Shown: in pieces, positions 25,598 to 39,015 of the stretch | Numbering within the stretch: the first letter of the stretch is position 1 | Layout of the letters: each line of letters begins with the position of its first letter | DNA from: Daphnia carinata | Taxonomy: Eukaryota | Assembly: GCF_022539665.2 (NCBI RefSeq) | Contig: NC_081331.1 | Coordinates: 8,432,001 to 8,496,000 of the forward strand | Direction of reading: 5' to 3' | DNA length: 64,000 nucleotides | Made by a program: the position numbers and the translations under genes | Notes under the pieces: generated by a model | Databases searched by the model: none | What the model was told of the DNA's origin: nothing | Seen by the model: only the letters and a program-made list of their open reading frames with translations

Positions 25598-26376
25598 ATG
25601 AAACTTGTAAGGCAATTAATTCTTCATTATTTCCGATTACAATAAAATATTTATGAGTTTTAATTAACGACGATACTTTGCCGCCAGTTCTTCGTCGCCA
25701 CTTTCTTGGCTGTGGCTGCCGCTGTTCCATCCAGCTACAAGCCGGAATACAAAGCTCCCAGCTATCCTGCGCCAAGCTACCCTGCACCAAAGTACCCTGC
25801 ACCAGCCTACTCCACACCAGCCTACCCAGCACCAGCCTACCCAGCACCAGCCTACCCAGCACCAGCCTACCCTACTCCCAGCTACAACAAGGATAACAAA
25901 TACGCCGACATCACCATCACCAGCCAATCCGATGAGCGCAACATCGATGGCAGCAGCCAGTGGAGGTTAATCAAATTTCATACTTTATGCTCATTAATTT
26001 AAGAATTAAAGAAACTCATTCGAAAAATTCAATCATTTCAATCCACAGCTATGCCCAGTCAGACTACACCACCCGCGAAGAATCTCAGGTACAGAAGAAG
26101 ATACAAGGAGTCATCTACGATTCTTACGGGAAAGAATCGTACGGTGAAGTCTTCGGCAACACCAACAAGGGATCTTCCTACTGGATCTCCCCCGAAGGCG
26201 ACAAGTTCACTTTGACCTGGGCTGCCGATGAGGCTGGATTCCAGCCCAAAGGAGATCACTTGCCCGTCGCTCCCGTCCACGAATACGAACTCCCAGTCGC
26301 TCCCGTCCATGAATATGAGCTCCCAGTTGCTCCCGTTCACATCCCCTTCAATGGAAAGGGTTACAAGATCTACTAG
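25598..26376 (+). CDS. Cuticular protein gene A, further copy
   Basis: Same protein as 15541-16319 (offset 10057). Confidence 0.93.
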
Positions 26377-27509
26377 ATTTCCCGACACGCGATTGAATAT
26401 TAAAAACATGTCCTATAATTTATGTCTGTATATCGAACGCTTGGTGTAAATATCAATGCAATCAACGCAAGAAAACGCCTTTTATTTCTACAAAGTATTG
26501 CACAGCTTTACACGTTTGTTTCTATAGATGGCCATGCAAATATTTGTCGTAACGAGCTTGTGCACGTCGTTTATGGAATCGCACACTACTCTAATTCTTT
26601 CGGCTCGGTGAACTTTCTTTTAGCGACAACTATAAAATTATTAAAACAACCATAAAAAAACATTTATGTTCAACTTACCAGTAACGTAAGAAAAAGAGTG
26701 GGTTTGGTCTCCATATCCGCATTAATCCACCGTTTATAATTCATGTGGACACCTAATTTCCATTTAGAGTTTATGGCGTTTCCCTTCCATGTAATCAGCT
26801 AGTGTGGTCACAATCCATCGTTGTTCAAACTGCCGCGACCTTTGCGTCACTCTTTTCAGCCATTCCCAGACCTGCAATTAGATAAACATTCATTAGTAAC
26901 GCACATATACGCAGTAACGGCGCTAGCGAACCAACACCGTTACCAAACATAAATTGTCTTATCAAGTCTTTTATACTGTAAAATAGATGATCTAACTATC
27001 ACTGATAAAAGGCTACAGTTCATTATGGCACATGTTAAATTTAGCAAACAAAATGAACAAAATTAAAAATTTTAATAAATGAACTTTAGTTTTTACTTCT
27101 TTTAATGTCTTTTAAAAAGATTTTTTTCATGCTAGAAATTAATTACATGCGAAAAAAAGCCATAATAGAAAAGTCGGATGGTCTAATTACGGGTCGGGAT
27201 TGGATCGTCTCCCGCCGTAAGACCGGGAAGCTTGTTGTGTTGTTGTTGTTGTTGCATGTACTAGGTTGCTTGTTGCGTTGATCCTCTGTAGCCATGGCTC
27301 TGTTGCCCATGATTCTCGTTGATGGGATACTAGTCGTTGATGGAACCGGCATGGAAGTGATAGAGAAATTCATCTATGGCCTCCTTCTCGACCATCAGAA
27401 TATAATGATTTTTTAGAGTGCGCTCGAGCCTTTGAATGAACAGACGCCCAGTAAATTTGTGGCATATCGTACCGGATAACCAGATGGCACGCTGGAACGT
27501 CAATACTAT

Positions 27510-30500
27510 TGTTGGAAACGGAGAGAAGAATTCGCAACTATGAATCGTGGTTGACGAACAGGCCTTAAATTCGGCAATCGCCGCAGGCCGAAACGTGTTC
27601 AAGAGGGCGGAGCTAAGAAGAAACACGGCGTAGGCCTAGCCGAGAAATTTCAGTTCAGTTTAAGAAGCCGAGAGGAGACTATCCTGCGCTCGTTATTGTA
27701 ATTTCATTTCTATAAATCGCCTCGTGTTTAAAACTAGCTCAATCGTAATCGTAATAATTACTCCTAGAAATTCCTTACAGCTCCGGTAACATTTCGTGCA
27801 TCGACCGGGAATTCGACCGGGAATTTCCACATCCTTCGTCGACCGTTGCTGTTTTTTGGCATTTCAGGAATTTATTCGAGTCGTCTCGATAAACTGCGTT
27901 AGAGCATTATTTCGATTTGATTTGCCAACTAGTTTTGTCTGTAAATTTGTGTGCGTATCCGTATGAGTGTGTGCCGTTGCCGACTCGAAACGTCATTCAA
28001 ATTTAGCAAGACTAGTAGACGTACAAGTCCCGCGTGGCAGACACGTTTTTCTCTTCTTTGGTCTCGCTACCCCTGTAGTAAAGTCACGTAGTCTCGCCAT
28101 TTTTTTCCTTCAATCGTCAGTGGGTGGCAAAGAACCGGGGGAGTCGTTACCACCCTCGCCGCACGTGGTGTCGCCATTTTTTCCCCTTCTCATTTGTCAG
28201 AGCGTAGAGACAAAGGGTGGGCCGTCACTACCTCCACAACGCGTAGTATCTCCATTTAGTTTTCTTTTGGTTTTTTATTTTAATTTTTTTTTTGTTGTTG
28301 TTGTTGTTCTTCGTTTGTCACCACTTACAGCGTGGTGCAAAAGCATTAAGCTGCCTCGCGGCAAATCAAAGCCGCATCAACGCTTGGCTCAGAAAGAAAA
28401 ACGAAGAGCCAAGCGTCAAGCTCCCTACAAAATTCGATTCCCGGTTCAAGAACAGACATCGTCGCGTATAGTTCACCGTCGCGTTATTGTCGAAACAAAG
28501 TCAGCGGATAATAACCACGTTCCCTCGCGCATCATTAGTGTTGTAGAACGACCCTTGCCGGTATCGGAGGTGCTCGACGTTTCAGAGTTAGATATAAAAA
28601 AACGGATTGAGTTTAAGTCGGAAGTGGCATCTTGTTTACTTAAATTGGAAGCTAAATTATCTCAGGTGCCATCACTTGGAGAAGACGCGGACATCTTACA
28701 AATTGACGGATCAAAATTTTTCGAATAGTCGCTGAACTGCGATTGCCATATTGGTTTCCTCTTTGCCCGACAACGTCCGCCATTCTTGGCTGTGTCAGCG
28801 TCCGACAACGTCCGCCTATTGGCATCGTCATCTACGGCCAGCGTTACTGCACTAGAAGGCTAGGTCCACCGTTAGGTTGTCCCAACTATGGCTGAAAGTG
28901 AACTAATCCTGTCTAGTATCGAAGAAGAAGAGGTGGAAGTAGACGAAAGGGAACTGGAGTGTGACCCAGAAAGATTGAAGGTGCTTCGATCGGTTGAAAA
29001 GGGTAGCCACACAAGAACCTGTAAAAGAGTCTTGGCAGCTATACGGATTGGAGAAGGTAGAGATGCCATCCGCGCGCTTCGAGATCACTTGGTGGCAAGC
29101 TATGATGAGGTCGAGAGACGTCATGATCGTTATTTGAGATATTCACAAACCTCTCTGAGAGAGTTGACGCCGTTGGTTGGCTGAAAGTAGTCACTGATGA
29201 TCATCGGGTCGACTTAGGCTCAATCGACAACTACTTAAGCTCATTTACAATTGTTTCGGCAGCTTCAGTGACGTCGCGCCGCTCATCCCATCATTCAAGT
29301 GTGTCTTCAGCCAGAGCAAAAGCCTTGGAAGCAGAGCGCCTGCAGCTTGAAGCCGAGTTAAAACTCAAGCAAACGGATGAAGAGAATAAATTACGCGAAC
29401 AAGAGGACGCACGTATCCGGCAATTGGAGGAATACAAGCAAAAGGTCATAAATTATCGAATTCAACGTGAGCTCCGCAATGAGGTCGAAAAGCAACGCCT
29501 GAGCGGCGCGATTTTCCGTCGACTTGCTGAAGAAACCGAAGATGACGTTTCGCTTCAAGCACATCTCAACGCAATCCCTGGATCGAATGTTGGTGAGGAC
29601 AAAACCCAGTTAACGGAGACACTTGTAACACCCCCATCGAACCCTCTTACATCGCAAGCTGGACAAGCTCCTGGTGGAGCGGAAGGAAATATCTCAACTG
29701 TTAGCAGCAGCCGCTCGTCAAAACCTCAAATGACGCCACTGGAAACAGGCCATTCAATACCAACCCGCAAACCTTTCTTGACCACGCAATCCTACACACC
29801 TTTACCATCTCTTCCAGTTGGGACTATGCCCTCTTCGGGGGTGCTATCACAAGTTCGAGGACTTGCCGCAAAGGCATTTAGTGTGTTCACGCCCAACCTC
29901 CTCAGCCCATGCAGGCATCTACCGTTCCACCTTCCTTTCCTGCTCCGCTACCTGTAACGTCGGTGTCGCTAGCACGTACCAGTGTTCCTGATGCGCAATC
30001 GAACTTGAACTCGCAAGTCCCTAGCAACACTGTTCATGGCGAAGCTTCGAATGGGCCCGTAAGCACCATAGTACCCACTACATCGGTTACGAACGGGCCG
30101 GCAGTCGTGAGCGCAAATTCCCTTCAGTCACTACCCGCACAGCGCTTTCCGCCACATGTCTCGACGCACCTTAACCCAAAGGCAACGCCCTTCATGACAA
30201 CCACAAATCCCTGTCTCACTACGTTTGGGCAACAAGGTCCAGATCTTCGATCCAGCAACCATCCCGTCGTGTCTGCAGGTATATATGCTCCCGACGCATG
30301 GATCGAAAAAATTGGCACAGAATTCGCCGTTCCAGCTCGCTCCTTTGTTCGTCCGCCCTGACTGGAACTACCAAGATTTACTGGGAATCCTCGTGACTGG
30401 CCGATGTTTATACAGTCCTTTAAAATTCAGGTGCACGATGCAGCTTCTTCCAACGCAGAACGCCTCACGCATCTACGAAACTGTTTATCCCACGACGTGC

Positions 30501-33500
30501 AGCAACATGTTGGAGAGGCCTTGTTAAATCCTGGGTTGTACCAGCATGCTCTGAAGGAACTGTATCGCAAATTCGGAAACCCTCAAATCGTCTCTCAGGC
30601 ATGCACGTCTTCCCTTATAAAACTACAAGCTTTCAGAGATAATGACTACGAAGCCCTAAAAGGATTCTCGGCTAAACTACATTCCGTGGTGGCAACGCTG
30701 CAGTTAGGTGGTTATGGATTAGAACTACATAGCAACTCGACACTGGCTCAACTCGTCAACAAGCTACCGCCGACTCTACGAAGTCGTTGGGGAGAACGAA
30801 GCTGGGCTATGCAACCCAAGCTCCCGACAGTTTTGGACTTCAACGCCTGGCTGGACGATGTAGCTATGGCAGAGTACTCCATCCGAGTAGGAACCATGAT
30901 CGACTACAAGAAATCTCAAATAGCTAATGTCGAGAGACGAGCAAATGTTGAAAAGCATCGCCAACGAACTAATCCTAGGGTTTTCAGTACAACTTCTCAG
31001 CCAGCCTGCTCCGTTTGTCGAAGTCTACACCACCTTAAGGACTGCAAGCAGTTTAAGGAGATGCCGGTAGAAAAACGAGCTACAATTGTTAAAGAAAATC
31101 GACTATGCTACCGTTGTCTCGCCCAAGACCACCTCAGCCCTGATTGCAAGCGAAGTGAACCATGCGCGCGTAAAGATTGTGACGGGCTACACCATTCCCT
31201 GTTACATGGGGCCCCCAGAATGTACCCAAGACGTAGCGCAACTTCACGAGAGCCTGCGATTATCAGTCAAGTTACATTTACAGGTGCAACTACCCCAAGA
31301 TCATCTATTCGCCATGCTATGCTGCCTATCTTGCCCATCGTGCTAAAAGCTAATGGAAACGAAGTAGTCACGTATGCTCTGTTGGATTCCGGCAGTCAAC
31401 TGACATTGATCACAGGCAAAGTCGCTAAGGCCCTTGGTCTACAGGGTAAAAGAGAAAGTATTGCCATAACGACCGTGGGACCCGATTGCCCACCGTTTTT
31501 TTACTGAAAAGGTTGACTTCGAAATGGCATCCCTTGACGGAACCCAATCGTTTCGAATCGAAGACGCGCATACGGTAGAAACACTCAACTTGAAGACTCA
31601 GCCAGTTGATCTACCTAAGCTTTTGGAAGAATGGCCGCATCTAGCAGTGCCAGTTCATTCGACTAGGGTCGAAGACGTTACAGTCTTAATTGGATTTGAC
31701 CATCCTGCGCCGATTGAGGTCTTGGAACTTCGGGTCGACACTGCGCGGCAGTGGGCCCCTAGAGCACAACGTACCCGTTTTGGTTGGTGTATCGTCGGAC
31801 CTGTCGCCAAGAACGGAAACCTCTCCGCCGATTGTCACGCCTTGTCTCTGGCCGACGACAAATTGAACGCAGTAGTCGAGAACTTCATCCAATACGACAC
31901 GTTTGGAACGAAACCTGGTGTTATCGTGCCGGTTAGTGCGAGAGAGCAACGAGCTTTGAGAATTCTGTCTGAAACAACGCGGCACAATGGCGAGCGTTAC
32001 GAGTCGGGTTTTCTCTGGAAATCGGATGACGTTCACCTTCCAGACAATCGACCTAGGGCAGTGAGTCGTCCCAATAGCCTGGAACGCAGATTCGCTTCTG
32101 ACAAACCCTTGTCAGAAGTATACCGGAAGGTGATTGAAGAAAATGTGCAACTCAAACACGCGAGAAAATTATCGACCGACGAGATAGCAGAAGGACAGCA
32201 CGGTCGTACCTGGTACAACGCACATCACCCGGTTTTCAACCCGAATAAACCAGGAAAATGTAGGGTAGTTTTCGACCTAGCTGCTAAACATAAAGGAGTC
32301 TGCCTTGACGACGTGCTTTTAAGAGGTCCGGACTTACTCGCCAGCCTAATCGGAATTTTTATGCGCTTTCGCCAGTTTCCTGTCCCGGTGGTAGCAGACG
32401 TGGAAAAAATGTTCCATCAAGTCCGTGTGCGGAGAGCTGACGGGCCGGCATTTCGTTTCTTATGGAGAACACCTGGGTCTACCGATCCACCTGATACCTA
32501 TCAAATGGACGTGCATGTGTTTGGGGCTCGTTCATCGCCGACGGTCTGCGCATATGTCCAACAGGCCGCTCGAGACAGCCATGACGATGTCGAATACCTT
32601 TTGTGACACATCGTACGCCATTTCTACGTCGACAATTGGCTCGTGTTTTTCAAAACTGAAGAAGAAGCTATCTCAACCGCGCACCGCCTCACTGAAGTCA
32701 TGCGCATTGGAGGATTTCCATTAACACAGTGGGCTACGTCAAATGCAAATGTTCGCAAGGCTCTCCCGGGACAAGCACAGCAAGGTCTTACGTTAAATAT
32801 GGACCTCGACTCTCTTCAAGTCGAACGTACCTTAGGTCTTTCCTGGGACTTCAACCGCGACGTGTTTATCGTAAACGCAAACACAAAGTGAAATAGCAAA
32901 GACTCGCTACGGGCCGTATCAAGCATTTTCGACCCGTTAGGCTTCTTAGCCCCTATCATCTTCACGGCGAAAATTTTGTTGCAGGAGGTTTGGCGTAAGC
33001 AAGTCGAATGGGATGACCATCTGGACCAAGACATACTTGATCGCTGGGAAGCCTGGAGAACGTCTCTATCTGCGCTCGAACATCTTAATATAAAGCGCTG
33101 TATCTCCCCCGTAGATGTTAAATCAGACGATGTTGAACTACATACATTCGGGGATGCTTCGGAGCTAGGATTTGGAGCAGTGGCTTTCCTTCGTTTCGTG
33201 CATAGAGAGGGAGTTGAAGTCTCGTTTATTATATCCAAATCAAGGATAGTTCCTTTGAAATTTACGACGATCCCAAGAATGGAACTCTGCGCCGCTGTTC
33301 TCGTAACACGTTTGCTTATTCTTCTAAGGCGGGAGATTGATATTAACTACAAACGAGTATATTGCTGGACCGACTCTACTACCGTGTTGAGTTGGATTAA
33401 CTCGAAATCTTGCCGCTTTAACACCTATGTCGGAAACCGCGTTGGCGAGATTTTGGAAAACACTTCGCGGACAGATTGGTACTACGTCCGAGCTCCGACA

Positions 33501-35457
33501 ACCCAGCTGACGATGCTAGCCGTGGACTAAATGCTTCGGAACTTTCCCCTGATCACCGCTGGCTTGTAGGTCCAAGCTTCCTCAAACAAGACCAGGAATT
33601 TTGGCCAAATGTACCAACAGCATTTCATGTTGACGCCAACGACCCAGAAATTCGATCGGCAAAGTGGATTGGAACAATAATGAAAATCAATGATAGCATC
33701 GAGGAACTGATCAACCGAAGTTCGAGAATTCATCATATAATCAGGGTAGTTGCGTATCTGTTTAGTGGAAGACAAAGGGTCACGAAGGTCAAAATAGAAG
33801 TAGTACGGGCGAATGGACTGCCGTCGAAATACGGAATGCAAACCAATTCCTTATCAAATACGTTCAAGAGAAATCTTACTTCGACGAGGTTAAGGAGCTG
33901 CAAGCCAGTCGCCCGATCCCGAAAACCTCTCCCTTGCTAAAGCTGTCTCCCTACATTGACCATCGAGGAATAATGCGCGTTGATGGGCGAATTGGAGAAG
34001 CCTCGTTACCTATTGACGTACGTCACCCAATCATTTTGCCACCTAAAGAACGCCTCACTGAGTTGATCGTGTGTCAAATGCATTTTGACCGTGCCCACCC
34101 GTCAGCCGAAAATATGCACCACGAAGTCCGGAAGCAATATTGGATACCCCAAGGGCGGCGCACAGTTCAGCGAATTTTAAACAAATGCTATCTGTGCCGC
34201 AGATATAAAGCAGAAGGCCGTCCGCCCAAAATGGCAGCCTTGCCTTCACTCGCACAGGAGTCGATTATTTCGGCCCTATCAACGTAAAAATCTTCAGAAG
34301 AACGGTCAAACGTTGAGCCTGAATTTCCACCTGTCTCACCTCCCGTGCAGTTCACATCGATATGGCCTATTCCCTTGAAGCTGATTCTTTCATCTCGGTA
34401 CTGAATCGATTCGAATTACGACGTGGTGTTCCAGTGTCGTATCACAGCGACAACGGGACGAATGTCGTTGGAGCCCAAAGGGAACTTGCCGAATGCCTAA
34501 CGAATCCAGCATGGTTGAACGTCGTCACTGGACACTTATGCCGAAAAGGAGTAGAATGGCATTTTAATCCGCCCGCCGCGCCTCACTTTGGCGGAGTTTG
34601 GGAGCGTATGGTTCAGTCAGCCAAGCGTGCCCTTGCTTTCGTTTACCCGAAGCAAACCCTAACGGATGAAATAGTCGTCACTTCCCTAATTCACGTGTAA
34701 AGCCTATTAAACGGCAGAAAATTGACAAAGGTGAGTGAAGACGCGTCCGACCCCGAGTGCCTGACGCCAAACCACCTAATAATGGGGCGAGCGAAACCGA
34801 ATTTGCCGCCTGACGTTTTTTCTGCCGACGATCTGTCATCAAAGAAGAGATGGCGGCGTGTACAGGCAACAGCAGATGAATTTTGGCGACGCTGGATGCT
34901 AGAGATCATTCCCAATCAAACAGAACGTCAAAAATGGTGCGAGGAAGGAAGAAACATAAAAGTAGGAGACATTGTCATTTTGATTGATCAGAGCAATCCG
35001 CGTGGAACTTGGCCGCTTGGGAAAGTCATCGAGGTTTTTGTTGGAGAAGGCGACATTGTTCGATCTGCCATTACCCAAACTCGCGGCACGGAACTTCATC
35101 GCCCCGTCCACAAATTATGTCTTTTAGAATCCGTTGATGGGCCGGAGGATGTGCCCTTCCCAGCTGAGCACAGGTTGGAAACGGAGAGAAGAATTCGCAA
35201 CTATGAATCGTGGTTGACGAACAGGCCTTAAATTCGGCAATCGCCGCAGGCCGAAACGTGTTCAACAGGGCGGAGCTAAGAAGAAACACGGCGTAGGCCT
35301 AGCCGAGAAATTTCAGCTCAGTTAAAGAAGCCGAGAGGAGACTATCCTGCGCTCGTTATTGTAATTTCATTTCAATAAATCGCCTCGTGTTTAAAACTAG
35401 CTCAATCGTAATCGTAATAATTACTCCTTCTAGAAAATCCTTAGAGCTACGGTAACA
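27510..35457 (+). mobile_element. BEL/Pao LTR retrotransposon, full-length but degenerate (LTRs 27510-27791 and 35174-35457)
   Basis: ~282-bp LTRs TGTTGG...TAACA with 5-bp TSD ACTAT (27505-27509, 35458-35462). PBS-like TCGTGCATCGACCGGGAAT resembles the complement of a tRNA-Gly 3' end. Gag with Cys/His knuckles, protease LLDSGS, RT (ADVEKMFHQV, FYVDN), RNase H (LHTFGDASE) and integrase (SDNGTN, PHFGGVWERMV), broken by many stops and frameshifts. Confidence 0.96.
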
Positions 35458-36087
35458 ACTATCCTCTAGAACGCTCGTGGCTACGAGAATATTACAATCG
35501 TTACTATGAAAAACGTTTCATAAAGTCTTCTTGCTTCCGATTTTCACTTTCTATTTCTTTAACGGTCATGCCTACAACCCGATCATTTGTATACAGAGGG
35601 CTTAGACTGAACACCCGCGCTGAACACGCAACTAATCAAAAGGACTTGTTTTTCGAAGTAGTTAATATTTGTTAATTTGTGATATAAAATGATTTCATTC
35701 GTTCCAATATTTATACAAATCCTTTTCCACAAAAAATAAACTGCGTTCTTCAAATATTATATTTTAAAAATCAATTTGATACAGGAAATCCATGGTGTTT
35801 CGTACTGTTCATTCTTAAGCCATATACAGTACGTCTTGAGTTATGTATCAGGTTTCAAATGTAGCTAGTAGCTCGTAATAATGGACATTTGTATTTCTAT
35901 ATCTACGATAAGTAAAAGAGCAATTGGTTGATCTTCTTTCGACAATTATTTAATGGATTTTTTTTATTTTCTGTGAGCCTCTCATAAACTGAAGTGGATG
36001 CAAAGAAGCTCGGTTCGTGTTTGGAGGTTTGATGCTGTTTGAATGTAGTATTTTTTGTTCGTGTTTTTTTATTCATGTTTAGAGCAG

Positions 36088-36413
36088 TGTTGGCAACCCC
36101 GTGCCAGCAAAGACGGTCATTTTCGCAGACCCCAAAAATTCCAACCTGACAGCGTCTGGAGAGGAGTTAGGGAAATCGGTAACGAAGGGCGTACCTACCT
36201 ACGACCGCGATCAATCGCTCACCTGTTACGACAGCACGTGTGTCACACCAACTTAAAGTCTTCGAATCTAATTTGTGATTTTGTCAAAGTCTTGAAGAGA
36301 GCGTGTGGCGACGCACTCAACAATACAATCGTCCCTCATCACACCAAACGTCTTTTTCCCCCTTTTTTTTCCCTCTCTCTCTCTACGTATCACATCCGTG
36401 CGTAAAGGCAACA
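36088..36413. mobile_element. LTR-like segment (TGTTG...CAACA, 326 bp) abutting a BEL fragment
   Basis: Starts exactly where homology with the amplified unit breaks and ends where BEL coding sequence is cut; no TSD seen. Confidence 0.5.
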
Positions 36414-37245
36414 AATTGCTTCGTGATGTAGCTGTTCAGCCGACAAGTGGGCTCAATCGCGGTGCATTTGTGATAGAATTAACTCTGTGAAACGTTCGAG
36501 GCGTGGAAGGATGATCGGATGGCGGATGTCGATCGGCAAAGGTGCCTTGTTGATTCGGCCGCCTACACACATGAGGACGCGGTGGTCTAAATATGGTGAT
36601 AGTTTGATTAGATCCGCATTGATTTCAAGTTGACGGCCGGCCCGTAGATCATCTACCTCGTCATGATAAGCGTTGTCTTGGGTGTGGCGGAGAAGGGCGT
36701 TGCGGGCAAGACCGATTTCGTCTGCTGTGAGGCCGTTCAGGTTTCTATTTTCTCGAGTCTTGCGGGCGTTAGCAAGAAACATGTATGCGACGGTGCGTAC
36801 GATGATGTGGACTTTCGATTTTCTGGCGATTAACTGGTCGATAGCATCGTCAGGCAAATGGGCTTGGCCAACCCAGGACGTCTCGCGAATTTCTGGATCG
36901 TTCACTTCCAAAGGCGGCAGGGTAGGAAGGGATGGCCAGTCGGTTGAAGACTTGAGGAACTCTGGGCCAGAAAACCAACGGTGTTGGAGATTGAATTCAG
37001 ATGCGTTGAGTCCACGATTAGCGTCGTCAGCTGGGTTGACGGCACTCGGCACGTAGTTCCATTGATTTGGGGAAGACGTCTCAAGGATTTCCCCAATGCG
37101 GTTGCCAACATAGTTGTTGAAGCAGCAGGAACGGGACTTGATCCAGCTGAGGACCGTAGTCGAATCGGACCAATAGATGGTTGTATCCATTTTTATGTTG
37201 AGCTCTTCTCGCACCTGGGCAGCTAAGCGCAAAAGTATAGCTGCC
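36414..37245 (-). mobile_element. BEL/Pao pol fragment (RNase H to integrase zinc finger) from a different subfamily
   Basis: YWSDSTTVLSWI, YVGNRIGEIL, NPADDANRG, LSPYLDHR..RHPIILP, QMHRD*AHLSAEQLHHE; homologous but clearly diverged from 33300-34130. Confidence 0.9.
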
Positions 37246-38136
37246 CTAAAATCGGATATGGAGCTTAGGTTTGAAAGTAAATATCTTAATTTACTCGTTG
37301 ATTTCGTTTTATAATGCAATTTTAATGTTTTAGGGAATCGGATGTTCTAGTTCATTTGATCTGACTCCAAACCTGGACAAGAATGATAGTTTTGGAAAAG
37401 AAAATATTATTCTTAAGTTAAAATGTACCCAAAACAATGAAGCCTCAAATGTCGAACACCTGTTGGTTGCCTGCTCAGGAAAATTTCCCGGTGAATGTTA
37501 TTGAAAATTTGTTTTTCGTTTTATGGTAAGGGAACTTATTTTACCGTGTAGATTCATTTTTTGGAAGCGACACGCAAGAATAAGTTTTATCAATATTTTA
37601 AATGAAGAATCTGATGATGAAATTTTTCTGCCAGACCACGAAGATGAAAATGTGGAATGAAAACCATTCGTTTCGGAGAAATGAAAATGCAATGAAGAGG
37701 AGCAAGAATTTAGAGGTCTGAGTTAAAAAAAACGAAGCTGAACTGCCAGGTTCCGAAGTTGGGAGCGGTAACGAACGGGAAGACGAAATGAATGGCTGGG
37801 AGAAGAAAGAAGGCGATAAGGAGGATATTGATGAAAACGAAGTTTGTGAGCAAATCGGAAAAGCTCATATGGAGACAATGCTTAATCAAGACCAGCGTGA
37901 TGTTCGACTTTTTCAAAAACTTTTTCTCGAAGATGATGATTAACATTCTGATGGCGATGGAAGGCAAAGGCAATTTTGGTGGAAATGGGTCGATGATAAA
38001 GACATTGAGGGAGAAGATGCCCGTCCAGAAAAATTGGGAAGATGGAACTGCTAAAGAACAATTCAACAATTTTTTGAAAATTTATCCATTATTCGTTGTT
38101 TGTTAGTTAAAATTTTTTAAATATTCAATATGTAAG

Positions 38137-39015
38137 TGTAAAGGAGGGCACGAGGTTGTCGTGTTGCCTCCAATACGGAAAAATCAAACTAAATGCGGCG
38201 CTGTTACTCACAATGCCGTGTATAAGTGAGCACAAGACAACACGTATTTTGATAGAATAATCGTGTATTAAAACACCACAAGTAGCTAGGCGAACGAAAT
38301 CGATCGGAAGATAAAAGATCTACAACTGCTCATCAATTACTTGGGTATACACTACTAAGAGGCAATTCAGACAGGTATTGAAATATTATTAAGAAGGGAA
38401 CTTACTCTTCAGCTGGCGAGAATGGGGTAGCGGCTCGAAGATGATGCTGAAGAGGTCTACACAGAAGAGAACAGAACACGAATACAGCACACGGAGCTTA
38501 ACAGAGCGTGTCCAGTCACACAAGCTAAGCTCTCTGAGTGATCGATTGCCTTTTGGAAGTTGCCGATGGATTTTTATATATTAGCCATCAACCGTGGGAG
38601 CCATACGGGACAGTGTTAAAGGATGGTCGGCAAAATCGGGCAGTATCGGGAAACTTTAGGCGTAATGGAGTGGTATAGGAGGGCAAATTTGGGCAGTATC
38701 GAACGAATTTGGATGATCACTAAAAATCGGTCGTACGGGTTTAGGCCGTTTCGGGCAATTCCAAACAAACCGAAATAAATCTATGTTTAGCGCCGACAAG
38801 TTCAGACCGTTTTGGGCGGCTTTTGAAAATCAGTGAAAATTTCTCTTATTAACGAACGTGCCTAGGCATGCCCTGGTTACTTGTTATTATTCTTAAGGAA
38901 GTTTTAAAACTAGGTTAGTTAATGAAGGCGTAAGTTAAAAGGGGCTACAGGTATAAGATTCTAGTCTATTTGAGAAAGGAAGGCAAGAAGGGGCTTCGCT
39001 AGACGATTCGTTACA
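38137..39015. mobile_element. Solo LTR, 879 bp (Gypsy-like)
   Basis: TGTAA...TTACA termini flanked by a 4-bp direct repeat TAAG (38133-38136, 39016-39019); no ORF. Confidence 0.75.

Larger units (their letters stand above)
1..27233. repeat. Segmental amplification of a ~10-11 kb cuticle-gene unit: direct copies 4638-15688, 15689-25745, partial 25746-27233 and 1-2289; inverted copy 2290-4537
   Basis: Near-identical sequence and ORFs recur at offsets 11051 (4852->15903) and 10057 (15903->25960). Position 1 matches 6039 and 17090. 2290-4537 is the reverse complement of approximately 15020-17267. Confidence 0.95.
35660..37455 (+). repeat. Older, diverged paralogue of the amplified-unit sequence at ~104-700, interrupted by LTR/BEL DNA
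   Basis: AGTTAATATTTGTTAATTTG...ATTCATGTTTAGAGCAG and AGCTGCCCTAAAATCGGATATG...AACAATGAA align to 104-477 and 483-687 with many substitutions. Confidence 0.8.

Noticed and set aside
27792..27830. tRNA gene
   Set aside because: Only a short complement of a tRNA 3' end (retrotransposon primer-binding site); no cloverleaf.
27967..28728. 253-aa ORF as an independent gene
   Set aside because: Lies in the leader of the BEL element, has a non-ATG start and low-complexity tracts, and shows no recognisable domain.
37560..38106. Acidic, coding-like stretch left of the solo LTR
   Set aside because: Broken by stops and frame changes; no family recognisable from sequence alone.
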